Shown here: piece by piece, positions 6,588-15,128 of the stretch
How positions within the stretch are numbered: position 1 is the stretch's first letter
Layout of the letters: every line of letters starts with the position of its first letter
Virus record (IMG/VR): IMGVR_UViG_3300036985_007129
Span: 1-32,529 of that record
DNA: 32,529 bases
Origin: a virus
Taxonomy: Duplodnaviria; Caudoviricetes
Direction: 5' to 3' (one strand)
Notes under the pieces: generated by a model
The model's database searches: none
What the model saw: only the letters and a program-made list of their open reading frames with translations
Told to the model about the DNA's origin: nothing
Position numbers and translations under genes: made by a program

Positions 6588-6816
6588 CGTCTCTCTCTTC
6601 TCCGCGTCGTGCGGAAGTGTCTAGGAGATAGAGAGATAGAAGTTCTTTCTCTTCTCTTCTCTTCTCTTCTCGTCGGCAAGGCCTCGTACATGTATTGCCC
6701 TCGCGAGCGAAAGTACATGGGGAAATGTCTGGATTGTTTGAAACTCCCGTATACCTGACCAAGTTTCCTGAGAATGTGGCGGATGCAATTCCTTGCACCC
6801 GCCACCGGTGAGTCAT
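6574..6816 (-). CDS. Short ORF containing REEKRREEK; possible remnant of a replication initiator/origin region
   Basis: ATGA overlap at 6813..6816; low-complexity product. Confidence 0.3.
   Translation of the reverse strand: MTHRWRVQGIASATFSGNLVRYTGVSNNPDISPCTFAREGNTCTRPCRREEKRREEKELLSLYLLDTSARRGEERDDECD
6588..6615 (-). promoter_or_regulatory. Start-associated hairpin with a different stem (TCCGC-ACGAC-GCGGA + GAAGAGAGAGACG-ATG)
   Basis: Hairpin 6601..6615, 13 nt upstream of ATG at 6587; same loop, outer three pairs changed. Confidence 0.8.
6646..6671. repeat. (CTTCT)n pentamer tandem repeat, about 5 units
   Basis: tttct cttct cttct cttct cttct c. Confidence 0.9.
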
Positions 6817-7172
6817 CGAAGGCATGATGCCCTGATGGCCATGATGGATCGCAGAGCACGATGAACCAGGTCGAATCGGATAGATGGGTCGCACGACTCC
6901 CATTGCACCTCTCGCCTGATCACCGTTGATTGCGACAGCCGCAGCGCCCGAGCAACGGCTCCGCGATTCGGGCGAATGTGCAGAGGCATCAAGTCGTAGA
7001 CGACTCCAACTCGAGCAATCGTACGGCAGTGCTGCACGGCTGCATCGGTAGAGATGATTGCCGCCGCTTCAACCGCTTCGTGCAGCGTGACAGCACGGAA
7101 GACGGATGCGTCGTCTTGCGAAACGCCGAGCATGTGACGGACGCACGCTGGTCCGATGATGCCGTGCCTCAT
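6813..7172 (-). CDS. Hypothetical protein with possible C-terminal HTH
   Basis: ATGA overlap with bet stop; [18 protein letters not shown] resembles an HTH. Confidence 0.6.
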   Translation of the reverse strand: MRHGIIGPACVRHMLGVSQDDASVFRAVTLHEAVEAAAIISTDAAVQHCRTIARVGVVYDLMPLHIRPNRGAVARALRLSQSTVIRREVQWESCDPSIRFDLVHRALRSIMAIRASCLR

Positions 7173-8089
7173 GATCCTGCCCCTACGTCTCCGATGATTC
7201 CAGTGACAACACGCTTGCCCTTGACGTCCTCGAGCTCGACGAAGGTCCCGACATCCATTGCAAGGTTGGCTTCGAGCAGCGACGCAATTGTCGGGTCAAG
7301 ACAGGCAATCGGTTTGCTGTCACCAGCAATGTCAATCCGCCACACTCGCCCTCCCTTGGCGTTCTTGACGGCAACGATGCGAGTCCCTGCAGGAATCTCA
7401 ATTCCTCGCACGTTGGCAGGATCGGGAGCCGCCGCCGCCGGCGTGGGTGACAGCAGATGGATGATGTCGTCCTTCCTCTCTTGAACCGTCTGCGGTTCAT
7501 GGCGCGCAGGTTCAGCCGTCTCGGGCGTTGCCTGTGCCATCTCCTCTGCCGTGTACAGACCGGACAACTCAGCAGGAAATGCCTTGCGCAGTGCCAATGC
7601 CTCGGCACACTTGCTGAGCATGAGTGACGGCATCTTCTGCCACATCTTTGTCACGTTGCCTTGATGATCCAACTGCGCGTACTCAGTCCACAGGGCAATG
7701 GCAAACAGCGGTTCACGGAAGCCGCGTCGATGAACGCCAACACGCGCAGCCGCGGGCGGGAACCCTGCTAACCACACGTCTTTCCATTCTCCATCCTCAC
7801 CGCACCAAGTCGGTGACGACTGCCCTTCGTACTCTCCGCTCCTCTGAGCAATCAACCGGGCTCCGTCAATGCTTACCTGAGTTGACATGACCTCGCGACG
7901 TTCGCGCGCGTCCCAACGCTTGACAGCAAAGATTTGCCGTGCAAAGGGGTCAAGCCCCGTCCTCTCGCAGATTTGGCTGAACAGCAACAACTCGTCAGGG
8001 CTTGCGCCCTTGCAGAGTGTGCGACGAAGCAGGTCAAGACGGTCAGCGGCTTGTTGCTGCGTGACCACGATGGCGTTGATTTCACTCAT
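7169..8089 (-). CDS. bet: Phage single-strand annealing recombinase, Bet/RecT family
   Basis: [81 protein letters not shown]. Confidence 0.95.
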   Translation of the reverse strand: MSEINAIVVTQQQAADRLDLLRRTLCKGASPDELLLFSQICERTGLDPFARQIFAVKRWDARERREVMSTQVSIDGARLIAQRSGEYEGQSSPTWCGEDGEWKDVWLAGFPPAAARVGVHRRGFREPLFAIALWTEYAQLDHQGNVTKMWQKMPSLMLSKCAEALALRKAFPAELSGLYTAEEMAQATPETAEPARHEPQTVQERKDDIIHLLSPTPAAAAPDPANVRGIEIPAGTRIVAVKNAKGGRVWRIDIAGDSKPIACLDPTIASLLEANLAMDVGTFVELEDVKGKRVVTGIIGDVGAGS

Positions 8090-8180
8090 CAGCCCCTCCC
8101 TTCATCATGTCGACAAACAGAGGCGCAAAGGTCATGAACGCAGAGAATGCGATCAACGCTGAACAACACAGATATGTCAT
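8082..8180 (-). CDS. Small hydrophobic peptide, 32 aa
   Basis: AAGGAGACAGCC-ATG at 8180; [32 protein letters not shown]; overlaps bet start. Confidence 0.6.
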   Translation of the reverse strand: MTYLCCSALIAFSAFMTFAPLFVDMMKGGADE

Positions 8181-8197
8181 GGCTGTCTCCTTGTGAA

Positions 8198-8214
8198 GCG
8201 GACACCGTGCCCGC
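8198..8214 (-). promoter_or_regulatory. Start-associated hairpin variant (GCGGGC-ACGGT-GTCCGC)
   Basis: 6-bp stem with C-G closing pair and ACGGT loop, 17 nt upstream of ATG at 8180. Confidence 0.6.
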
Positions 8215-8238
8215 AAGCAACCATGATATCGTCTTAGC

Positions 8239-8529
8239 GTGGCATCCGAACGCAGTAAAAAACAACGCCATTTGCACCCGTCAATCCGAAGCGCTCGATT
8301 GATTCGGCACGTTGCTGCAACCAAGGCGGCGCTCCGTTCGGCTCATCAACCACTCGGATTCATCACGCGCGACGCATTGAATGGCAACATCGACACAGGC
8401 GACAATGCTGCTCTGCTCGACCTGTTGACGGCTGCGCTTGACCTTGCTGATGACAAGAGGACGCAGACCTTGATTGCCTACGCGCGAACCAGTCTCATCA
8501 TCCACATCACGCAATCAACGTGTCGCTGA
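8239..8529 (+). CDS. Candidate sole plus-strand gene, hypothetical helical protein (start uncertain)
   Basis: Fills the gap between tail and early regions; amphipathic NAALLDLLTAALDLADDKRTQTLIAYARTSL. Confidence 0.4.
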   Translation: MASERSKKQRHLHPSIRSARLIRHVAATKAALRSAHQPLGFITRDALNGNIDTGDNAALLDLLTAALDLADDKRTQTLIAYARTSLIIHITQSTCR

Positions 8530-9880
8530 TGGTCTCGGTTGTACTCACAGCCGTAGGCAGAGTCAGACCACGATTGAACAGATTGAACAGGTAGTCAAGT
8601 CCGGTGGCAAAGCCGCCGGCAACATCATTAGCGAAGACTGTGTACACCTGATCATCGAGAGTCCAATTCGATGAGTTGCAGATCACTCCAACAGATTGCC
8701 CACCAGGTGCAACTGACATGAGCTCCGCTACAAAGATTTCATCGATGTAGACGGCAGCCGTAGCAACGGCAATGGTTGAACTGATAGAGAGATAGGTTGT
8801 TGTCGGAAGAATCTTCGGCGTCCTAAACTGAGCGCTCACCAAAGTCCAAGTGCTGCTTGAAAGTGATGCAATGTTCGGCAGGCTCTCAGCATCAACGATT
8901 GCCGTTCCTCCTGAATCCTCAAGCGCAAGCCGAAGCGAGCCTGTAGCACCAGCGTCTTTCTTGTAGAGCGCTCCAAGTGTGTAGCACGTGTCTGGAACAA
9001 GTCGACCAAGCGTTCCGCTCGAGGAACCAAGTTGCTGCCGCAGTTTGAAGAGCCCGCCCGTCACGGCTGCTTTCATGCTGTAGGTTTGCCGTGCTACCAC
9101 CGTCGACTCACGCAGGAATGTTGTTCCTGCGGTGCCTGTTGAAACGGTGAATTGATCAGGGACATTGCTTGTCCAATCCTCAAGGTCGCTGTTTACGAGG
9201 ATGTTCTGTCCGCGCGGGCCGTCATCAACCGATGCCGTGATGCTGTTGATGTCCATCAAAACTCCGGAGCCACCAGGAGCGCGATAGTCAAGGATCGGAT
9301 ACGCAAATCCTCCTGAGATACGGAACAACTCTGAACCTGCAGTCATTGCTCCACCCTGTGCATCAGCGATGCAGCGCGCTTCCATAATTTCAGTGCGAAT
9401 ATTTGGAAACCATGTTGGCGTGGCAGTGACCGATGCAGGTTGCTTTGGAGAATAGACAAATGAACCGTTGCCGTTGTTGGCTGCTGCGGCACCAGTGCTT
9501 GAGGTGCTAACAATATTCCGCTTGATGGTTTCTCCGTCCAAATCCATCTGCCTGATCAACCACCGCAGTGCGCTTTCAATGTCGCGCGTTGGCATCGGAT
9601 TGTTGGTTGACGACTGTGCTTGAGTCCAGCACATTTCAATGACTGTGCGCTCACTAGATGCAACGATGTCGTTCAGCACACTTCCCGCGTCAGCAATGCG
9701 CGCTTCAATCATGCCGTTGAGTTGCTCGATCATGTAGGCATCGGCTGCAACGTATTCCGTTTGCACGTTTGCAAGCAGCGTCTTCATGTTTGCTTGATGG
9801 GTTCGGACGGCGTTCTGGAAATAAATCAGAGCGCCGAGCCGAGTGAAGATGCCGCCAGTTCCATCGTAAACCAGTGCCAT
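8507..9880 (-). CDS. Tail-tip/receptor-binding-like virion protein with a carbohydrate-binding-module-like C-terminal half
   Basis: Last gene of tail module; NILVNSDLEDW...YTLG...WTLVS..F...YIDEI jelly-roll-like pattern. Confidence 0.65.
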   Translation of the reverse strand: MALVYDGTGGIFTRLGALIYFQNAVRTHQANMKTLLANVQTEYVAADAYMIEQLNGMIEARIADAGSVLNDIVASSERTVIEMCWTQAQSSTNNPMPTRDIESALRWLIRQMDLDGETIKRNIVSTSSTGAAAANNGNGSFVYSPKQPASVTATPTWFPNIRTEIMEARCIADAQGGAMTAGSELFRISGGFAYPILDYRAPGGSGVLMDINSITASVDDGPRGQNILVNSDLEDWTSNVPDQFTVSTGTAGTTFLRESTVVARQTYSMKAAVTGGLFKLRQQLGSSSGTLGRLVPDTCYTLGALYKKDAGATGSLRLALEDSGGTAIVDAESLPNIASLSSSTWTLVSAQFRTPKILPTTTYLSISSTIAVATAAVYIDEIFVAELMSVAPGGQSVGVICNSSNWTLDDQVYTVFANDVAGGFATGLDYLFNLFNRGLTLPTAVSTTETISDTLIA

Positions 9881-9883
9881 GAG

Positions 9884-10171
9884 TTACTCCGTTGGTTGAT
9901 CATCGGCAATCGTCTGTGTGCCCTTGCACCCGCATTTGTTTGCCAATGGCATTGACTTGTTCAGGAATGCTTGACGCGACGCACACGCACCGCATTGGAT
10001 AGAGCGAAACGGCGTGAACGATAGAAGCCACTTGATCGCGTCACCTGCTCCGCGCAATCCGTGACGATACTCGCATTGCGAGCAGATGCCCTTTGATGGG
10101 CGCGCGCCGTACACCGGCAAGGCAAGCCGATTCTTGCAGACGCCGTTTGGCATGTACTCGCATCGAATCAT
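9884..10171 (-). CDS. Small Cys-rich protein
   Basis: CSQC, RGAGDAI, CGACASRQAFLN, CGC. Confidence 0.7.
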   Translation of the reverse strand: MIRCEYMPNGVCKNRLALPVYGARPSKGICSQCEYRHGLRGAGDAIKWLLSFTPFRSIQCGACASRQAFLNKSMPLANKCGCKGTQTIADDQPTE

Positions 10172-10944
10172 TGAATGCTCACAAGCAATCCGCTTTCAGG
10201 CAGGATTGAATACTGCAACCGTGACAACGGGATTGCTGTCTGTGTTGTGTTTCCGATTCGACCATTGGGAGGGTCGTTCCAACTAGGTTGCGTAGTCGTG
10301 TGAATGCATCCAGCCCAATACGTTGACGGACTGAAGTCACCCGTTTGATAGACAAGATTTGTCGGGCAGTTGCTTTGATTTATGCCCGCTCGAGCAGCAA
10401 TGCGGATGAGATTGATGATTGGAGTGTAGTCAGGTGTTGGTCCAACAAACCTGATAGTCCCAATCAATCCTGCTTCCCAACACCTTCCACCTGTTGAACC
10501 AAATCCCCATGACTGCGCAACGTAGGTTGCTGAAATCATTGTGCCCACGTAGTAGCCGCTGAAAGGCGCTCCAGTATTCGGGTTTCCGGAATCAACGCGC
10601 TTGACGAACGAACCGCTGTGGAATCCCGTGCCTGATGTTGGAATCTCTGCAGACTTGTAGATGCAACTTGGAACACCATTGCCTGACACGCTCAGACGAG
10701 TCAACACACGACTTGCCAAGAACGCTGGTCGCAGTCCGATTGTGGCAACGGCTCCATTGACTAACTGTCCAAAAATGTTTGTCGGGTTAGTTGACGCGCA
10801 AGTCCGAATCTTCTCAAGTTGAAAGACGCCATTGCCGTCAACGCCGTCAAATCGCATATTGCCTGCGGTTGCTGACCAGGTCACAGATGTCAATGCACAA
10901 CATCCTGTTCCGCCGCAGCAACATAGGTTTGCTTCCCACATCAT
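10168..10944 (-). CDS. Putative minor tail protein with Cys-cluster N-terminus
   Basis: NLCCCGGTGCC followed by G/T/S-rich beta sequence; ATGA coupling. Confidence 0.65.
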   Translation of the reverse strand: MMWEANLCCCGGTGCCALTSVTWSATAGNMRFDGVDGNGVFQLEKIRTCASTNPTNIFGQLVNGAVATIGLRPAFLASRVLTRLSVSGNGVPSCIYKSAEIPTSGTGFHSGSFVKRVDSGNPNTGAPFSGYYVGTMISATYVAQSWGFGSTGGRCWEAGLIGTIRFVGPTPDYTPIINLIRIAARAGINQSNCPTNLVYQTGDFSPSTYWAGCIHTTTQPSWNDPPNGRIGNTTQTAIPLSRLQYSILPESGLLVSIQ

Positions 10945-11297
10945 TGCTCTGAGCCAAATACGGAAACAGCAACCGCGCTTGCCGTCGACGCGTAGGCAAC
11001 AAGTCGATCGCCCGGATTCATGTACGCCTGAAGCTCATAGAGCGTTGTTTCGTTTGCTTGCAAGAGCATGTCGTACATCAGCGCCGTTGTGACAGATGCC
11101 GACTCTGATGCAATCAAGTGGAACAAGCGGAAGTTGGTTTGCACGGTGCCCGTGTTGCAGATGTTGATAGACGAGACAGTCACAGACTTGCCGACAGGAC
11201 ACTCCCACACAATAAGATTTGCAGCGGGAAGGAGTCGCGCACACAACTTGCGTCGCGTGTTTTGCTGCCTGAGAATTGGAGTTGCGTTCGTCAGCAT
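10941..11297 (-). CDS. Putative minor tail/virion protein
   Basis: SINICN...MNPGDRL.AYAS....VAVSVFGSE jelly-roll-type pattern; start at 11297 overlaps the upstream stop. Confidence 0.65.
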   Translation of the reverse strand: MLTNATPILRQQNTRRKLCARLLPAANLIVWECPVGKSVTVSSINICNTGTVQTNFRLFHLIASESASVTTALMYDMLLQANETTLYELQAYMNPGDRLVAYASTASAVAVSVFGSEQ

Positions 11298-12043
11298 GTG
11301 ACTGCGTATCCGTTCGGACAAAGGAATGTCCAGTTGCCGTTTCTATCTTTCGTGCAATTGACAACGACACCGGTCTTGATTGGTTGCCGCGTGATGGTTG
11401 TTGCGGCCGGCGGACTTGATCCAACGCCATAGGACCCGGCGGAATCGGTTACAGCCTCAGCGCCGTTCCACGCGTTGAAGACTGGTTCTCCGTTCGGCAC
11501 CACCCAAGTGATTGCTCCGCTTTGCAACACGGCGTCGCACATCTGCATTGTGTACTTCCATCGCTGAGTTCCTGATGCAACTGCGCCGGCGACGCGCGCA
11601 ACGATGTCTTGCGACGGCGCGGTCATGACATGGAAGACCAAAGTACCGTTCAGCGGATTTGCTATTCCGCTTCCGATGCCAGCCGTTGAACTGTCCCGAT
11701 TCATAGGGAACAGCATCACAATTTGGCCTGCAATCAATCCGCTTCCGACTGCTGGGTATGCCCAAGAGTCAGTGCCGTCTGATGACACTCTCCCGCCTTC
11801 AACAGATGGATAGGCCAACATCCCCAAAGATGTTTCGTGCGTGACTTCGACAAACGACCACGTGTTGGAAACATTTGGCTTTGGCACAAGAAGGCGCGCA
11901 AGAAACGGACCGGGCTTCGGTCTTCCTTTACCCTTGCTTGCTGCAGGCAATCCATCAAGTGCTTCAATGCGATCAAATATCTCGTTCATCGTTGTGAACG
12001 AAACAGAACCGTTTGAGCCGCGGGAGTATCGTGGGAATGGCAT
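11291..12043 (-). CDS. Putative tail-tip protein
   Basis: 250-aa ORF within the tail operon. Confidence 0.65.
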   Translation of the reverse strand: MPFPRYSRGSNGSVSFTTMNEIFDRIEALDGLPAASKGKGRPKPGPFLARLLVPKPNVSNTWSFVEVTHETSLGMLAYPSVEGGRVSSDGTDSWAYPAVGSGLIAGQIVMLFPMNRDSSTAGIGSGIANPLNGTLVFHVMTAPSQDIVARVAGAVASGTQRWKYTMQMCDAVLQSGAITWVVPNGEPVFNAWNGAEAVTDSAGSYGVGSSPPAATTITRQPIKTGVVVNCTKDRNGNWTFLCPNGYAVTC

Positions 12044-12405
12044 CAGTCGGACAGTATGTAATATTGAAGGTTGAGGGCAAGCGTGTTCGCTCGAGCCGAC
12101 GGCGCATTTGTTCCGAGCCGCAGCAAAGCGCTTTCGCCTGCTGCCAGTTTCATGAATGCGGTGAAGGTCGTTGTGCCAGTTCCAACCTCAACGTAGTTTG
12201 TTGTGTCGGTGTTTCGGAAGAAGGAATATCCGGCGGTGGTCACGCTTCCCATCGTGATCAACCCGGCGGTTGTTGCAACTGTCAACACGCCTCCGCTGGC
12301 AACTGAACCGTTGAGGGTAAACGACCCCGTGCCCGGGTTCTCGGCATGAATCAGATTGCCCTTGGAGACAGAGAGTTTGGTTGTGATTGTGATTTCATTG
12401 GCCAT
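12043..12405 (-). CDS. Putative minor tail protein
   Basis: T/G-rich 120-aa ORF, coupled start/stop. Confidence 0.7.
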   Translation of the reverse strand: MANEITITTKLSVSKGNLIHAENPGTGSFTLNGSVASGGVLTVATTAGLITMGSVTTAGYSFFRNTDTTNYVEVGTGTTTFTAFMKLAAGESALLRLGTNAPSARANTLALNLQYYILSD

Positions 12406-13217
12406 TAGAATTGATCCGAGATTGCGTTGAAGTCAACAAGACCTGGAAACGGTTGGATCCATCGGACAAAGACCGCAGACGGCAAAGCGGTCATGCTGAT
12501 GATGACCTCGCGTTGGGAGTTCATCTTTGGCTGCTGCCCCATGTGGTACCACCCGTCATAGAGAAACTTGTGGGTAAGCGACCACGCGCTGATCGTTGTC
12601 CTGCGGGCGCTGCAGCCTTCGTAGAGCAGTTTGCCTTTGTCTGCGCCGTAGAACGATGCGCTGTTCCGTTTGCCTACAGCAGCCCTTGAGAGGGCTGTGC
12701 GGCCTTGAAGGCTTGCGCCTGAAACGGTTTCTTCGATGACAAGTCGGTGGAGCGGAATGAAGACGCTGGTCGGCACACCTGCAGCGTCGATCGGTGATCC
12801 TCCAATGTCCTTGTCGGTCGGCAATCCGTTCTGGTAATTCAAAGAGCGACCGGTTGAATCGGCTCGGTACATGTCCTTAAACGTTCCCGTGTACTCCATC
12901 GAAACTTGGAGATAGCCAACCTCGGTCGGCATCTTCGCGCCGCCCTCATTCTCGCCTGATGTGTAAGTCCAAGTGACTTTCCAAATACCTCGGCTCTCTG
13001 GAATCACCGATGCAGAGAATGTTTGCGCAAAGAGTTCAGTCTCGCCCGGAAAGGCGTCGCCCTTCTCAGGCATTCCGTTTGCGCCATACTTGATTGTGGT
13101 TGCGTTTGGAATGTCAGTCGTGTCGTCGAACACATGGAAGACGCATGTGCCTGTGAACTTTCCACCGCTGTTTGACAGCGTTCGAGACTCTTTCGACTCA
13201 ACAACAATCTGCGCCAT
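12405..13217 (-). CDS. Putative distal tail/hub protein
   Basis: First gene after the tape measure; beta-rich. Confidence 0.65.
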   Translation of the reverse strand: MAQIVVESKESRTLSNSGGKFTGTCVFHVFDDTTDIPNATTIKYGANGMPEKGDAFPGETELFAQTFSASVIPESRGIWKVTWTYTSGENEGGAKMPTEVGYLQVSMEYTGTFKDMYRADSTGRSLNYQNGLPTDKDIGGSPIDAAGVPTSVFIPLHRLVIEETVSGASLQGRTALSRAAVGKRNSASFYGADKGKLLYEGCSARRTTISAWSLTHKFLYDGWYHMGQQPKMNSQREVIISMTALPSAVFVRWIQPFPGLVDFNAISDQF

Positions 13218-14299
13218 TAGTTTATCCCCGTGTTCACGAAGTCAGAAGCCTTCTTGTTGATGTCCTTGATTGTCTCGAGGATCGACTTGTCAACCTCTTT
13301 CTTCTGCTCATCCGTGTACCCCGCAAAGGTAAAGGAGCCGAACGATGTTGCCATGCTGCCGGTTGATTGCGCAAACTTCAAGCGGTCTTCGTCGCCCTTC
13401 AATGCTGCTTCAGCGCGCATCTTGTCTGCTTCAATCAATCGCTCCTGAAGTTTCTCAGCGGCTTCTTGATCGAGCTTCGCTCGCTCTTCTGCTTCCTTCT
13501 CAACTGCCTTTGACATGCTTTCGGAAAGTTTGGCAACGCGCTCTTGATCGTCCTTCAATTCCTTGTCGGCAAGTTCTTGCTTTGCCTTTATTGCTTCTTT
13601 GACCTCAAAGTCATACTTGGTCTTGATGGCTTCTTTCTCATAGAAGTAAACCATGTCGAGATTTTTCTTCTCGGTGTCACTCTTTGCTGCAAGCAGTTTT
13701 TCTTGCTGCTCACGCCAAAGGATTTGGTTTTCTTGGAAGCGCGAGGTCTCAAGCAATTTGACAGCGTCACCACTTGCTTTGGCGCGCTCCATGCTCAAAC
13801 GGAAAGAACCATCTTGCCTTGCTAGTTCAGAAGCCTTCTTGCCGTCGTCAATCTTCTTCTCGTTGTCGAGGGCAATGCGCAATCCCTCTTCTGCTTCCTT
13901 CAAACGCTGCTGCCCGCGAAGTGTTCGCTGCTCTGATTCGTAAGCACCAGCGCCGAGTTTGATTCCCGATTCAATGATCGTTGCCACAAGTCCGATGATT
14001 GGAATCGACTTGATGGATGAGACAATGGCTTCGCTGAAGCTCGAGCCAGCCGCCGCCTTCTCGAGTGTTGACGAAAGAGCCGTGCCAATGGCAACGGCTC
14101 CGAATGCTTTGCGCATCTTGTTTGAGATGTCGGCGATTGCTTTGTCTATGTACTTTGATTGAGACTCAGCAAACTTGTTTCCAAAGCCCGAGCCCGCTTC
14201 TGCTCCTGCCTTCGTAGCACCCTTGACCGACTTCTCCATCGATGATTGCAATTGTTCGTAGTCTGCTTCGACTGAGATTTCAATGCTTCCTGCGTTCAT
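13217..14299 (-). CDS. Short tape measure protein (360 aa)
   Basis: AGSIEISVEADYEQL N-terminus, A/G-rich hydrophobic segment, long E/K coiled coil; follows the frameshifted chaperone. Confidence 0.75.
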   Translation of the reverse strand: MNAGSIEISVEADYEQLQSSMEKSVKGATKAGAEAGSGFGNKFAESQSKYIDKAIADISNKMRKAFGAVAIGTALSSTLEKAAAGSSFSEAIVSSIKSIPIIGLVATIIESGIKLGAGAYESEQRTLRGQQRLKEAEEGLRIALDNEKKIDDGKKASELARQDGSFRLSMERAKASGDAVKLLETSRFQENQILWREQQEKLLAAKSDTEKKNLDMVYFYEKEAIKTKYDFEVKEAIKAKQELADKELKDDQERVAKLSESMSKAVEKEAEERAKLDQEAAEKLQERLIEADKMRAEAALKGDEDRLKFAQSTGSMATSFGSFTFAGYTDEQKKEVDKSILETIKDINKKASDFVNTGIN

Positions 14300-14317
14300 C
14301 GTGGTGGCTCCAATGCA

Positions 14318-14479
14318 TCATCCAACTTTCCCTCCAACTGCAGCGAGTCGTAGGTGTTCATCGAACTCGCAGACCGTCAGATCAAGTGGGTTGCCGAGTC
14401 CTGGCGCAACTCGAGCAATCAAATGCGCTTCCGAAAGCCAATCACGCCGCCATGCTTTGTCAGGAAGCGCTGTCAGTTT
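14318..14479 (-). CDS. Tail assembly chaperone -1 frameshift extension (gpGT-like)
   Basis: -1 frame after GGGAAAC reads KLTALPDKAWRRDWLSEAHLIARVAPGLGNPLDLTVCEFDEHLRLAAVGGKVG* and ends 18 nt before the tape measure ATG. Confidence 0.8.
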   Translation of the reverse strand, partial: KLTALPDKAWRRDWLSEAHLIARVAPGLGNPLDLTVCEFDEHLRLAAVGGKVG

Positions 14480-14862
14480 CCCGAGTTGTTTGCCTCAACT
14501 CCGTCAACATCAACATTGAGGCAGCGCGCAGCAGCGACGCCGAGTTTGCCGGGCTCGAGCACAGATCCAAGAAGTTCAGCAGTCTTCTCATCTGACGCAA
14601 GGCGAATGACGGAGAGCGCACCCTCAAGGGTCCAACAACTCATGACCACAGCCGACATCCTCTCGGCAGACGATACAGCCTCGCCAACGAAAGAAACCAT
14701 TTCAACTGGCTTCATGCCGACGGCCTTTGCGTTCTCAATTGCTTTCTGTCGCTCACGCTCAATCAGCATGTTTGCGTAGGAAAGCCGTTGCCGCACAGTC
14801 AATGGCTTCAACTTTACTTCTTCACCGTTGCAAAGAATCGTGATGTCAGCACACAGGTTCAT
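14473..14862 (-). CDS. Tail assembly chaperone (gpG-like)
   Basis: GEEVKLKPLTVRQ motif, position, terminal slippery site. Confidence 0.8.
   Translation of the reverse strand: MNLCADITILCNGEEVKLKPLTVRQRLSYANMLIERERQKAIENAKAVGMKPVEMVSFVGEAVSSAERMSAVVMSCWTLEGALSVIRLASDEKTAELLGSVLEPGKLGVAAARCLNVDVDGVEANNSGN
14476..14482 (-). other. -1 programmed frameshift slippery heptamer G GGA AAC
   Basis: X XXY YYZ in the correct frame immediately before TGA; analogous to lambda G-T GGGAAAG. Confidence 0.85.
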
Positions 14863-15128
14863 CGGAATCTCCGCATAAGTTTCTGAAAGTGGTCGTCTGC
14901 TTCTGAGACAACCAACACATTGTCGCCTGCACGGCGAGCCGACTGATCAACAATGTCGCTGTCGCGCAGATTAGATGCCCTGATAGAAAGCACAAGTGCA
15001 TCCATCTCACTCATGCCGTTGCCCGGTGAGATTCGACGATTCAACACACGCCCGTCGCGCGTCATGATCGTTGTGATCCAATCAGATGCACTCGGAGAGA
15101 AGAGAGACATGACATCGTTGGCAGACAT
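14859..15128 (-). CDS. Hypothetical protein between tail tube and chaperone
   Basis: 89-aa ORF translationally coupled on both sides. Confidence 0.7.
   Translation of the reverse strand: MSANDVMSLFSPSASDWITTIMTRDGRVLNRRISPGNGMSEMDALVLSIRASNLRDSDIVDQSARRAGDNVLVVSEADDHFQKLMRRFR

Noticed and set aside
8255-8284. TTGACG-based sigma70 promoter upstream of the early operon
   Set aside because: No acceptable -10 at 16-18 bp; the nearby TATCAT lacks a matching -35, so no confident call
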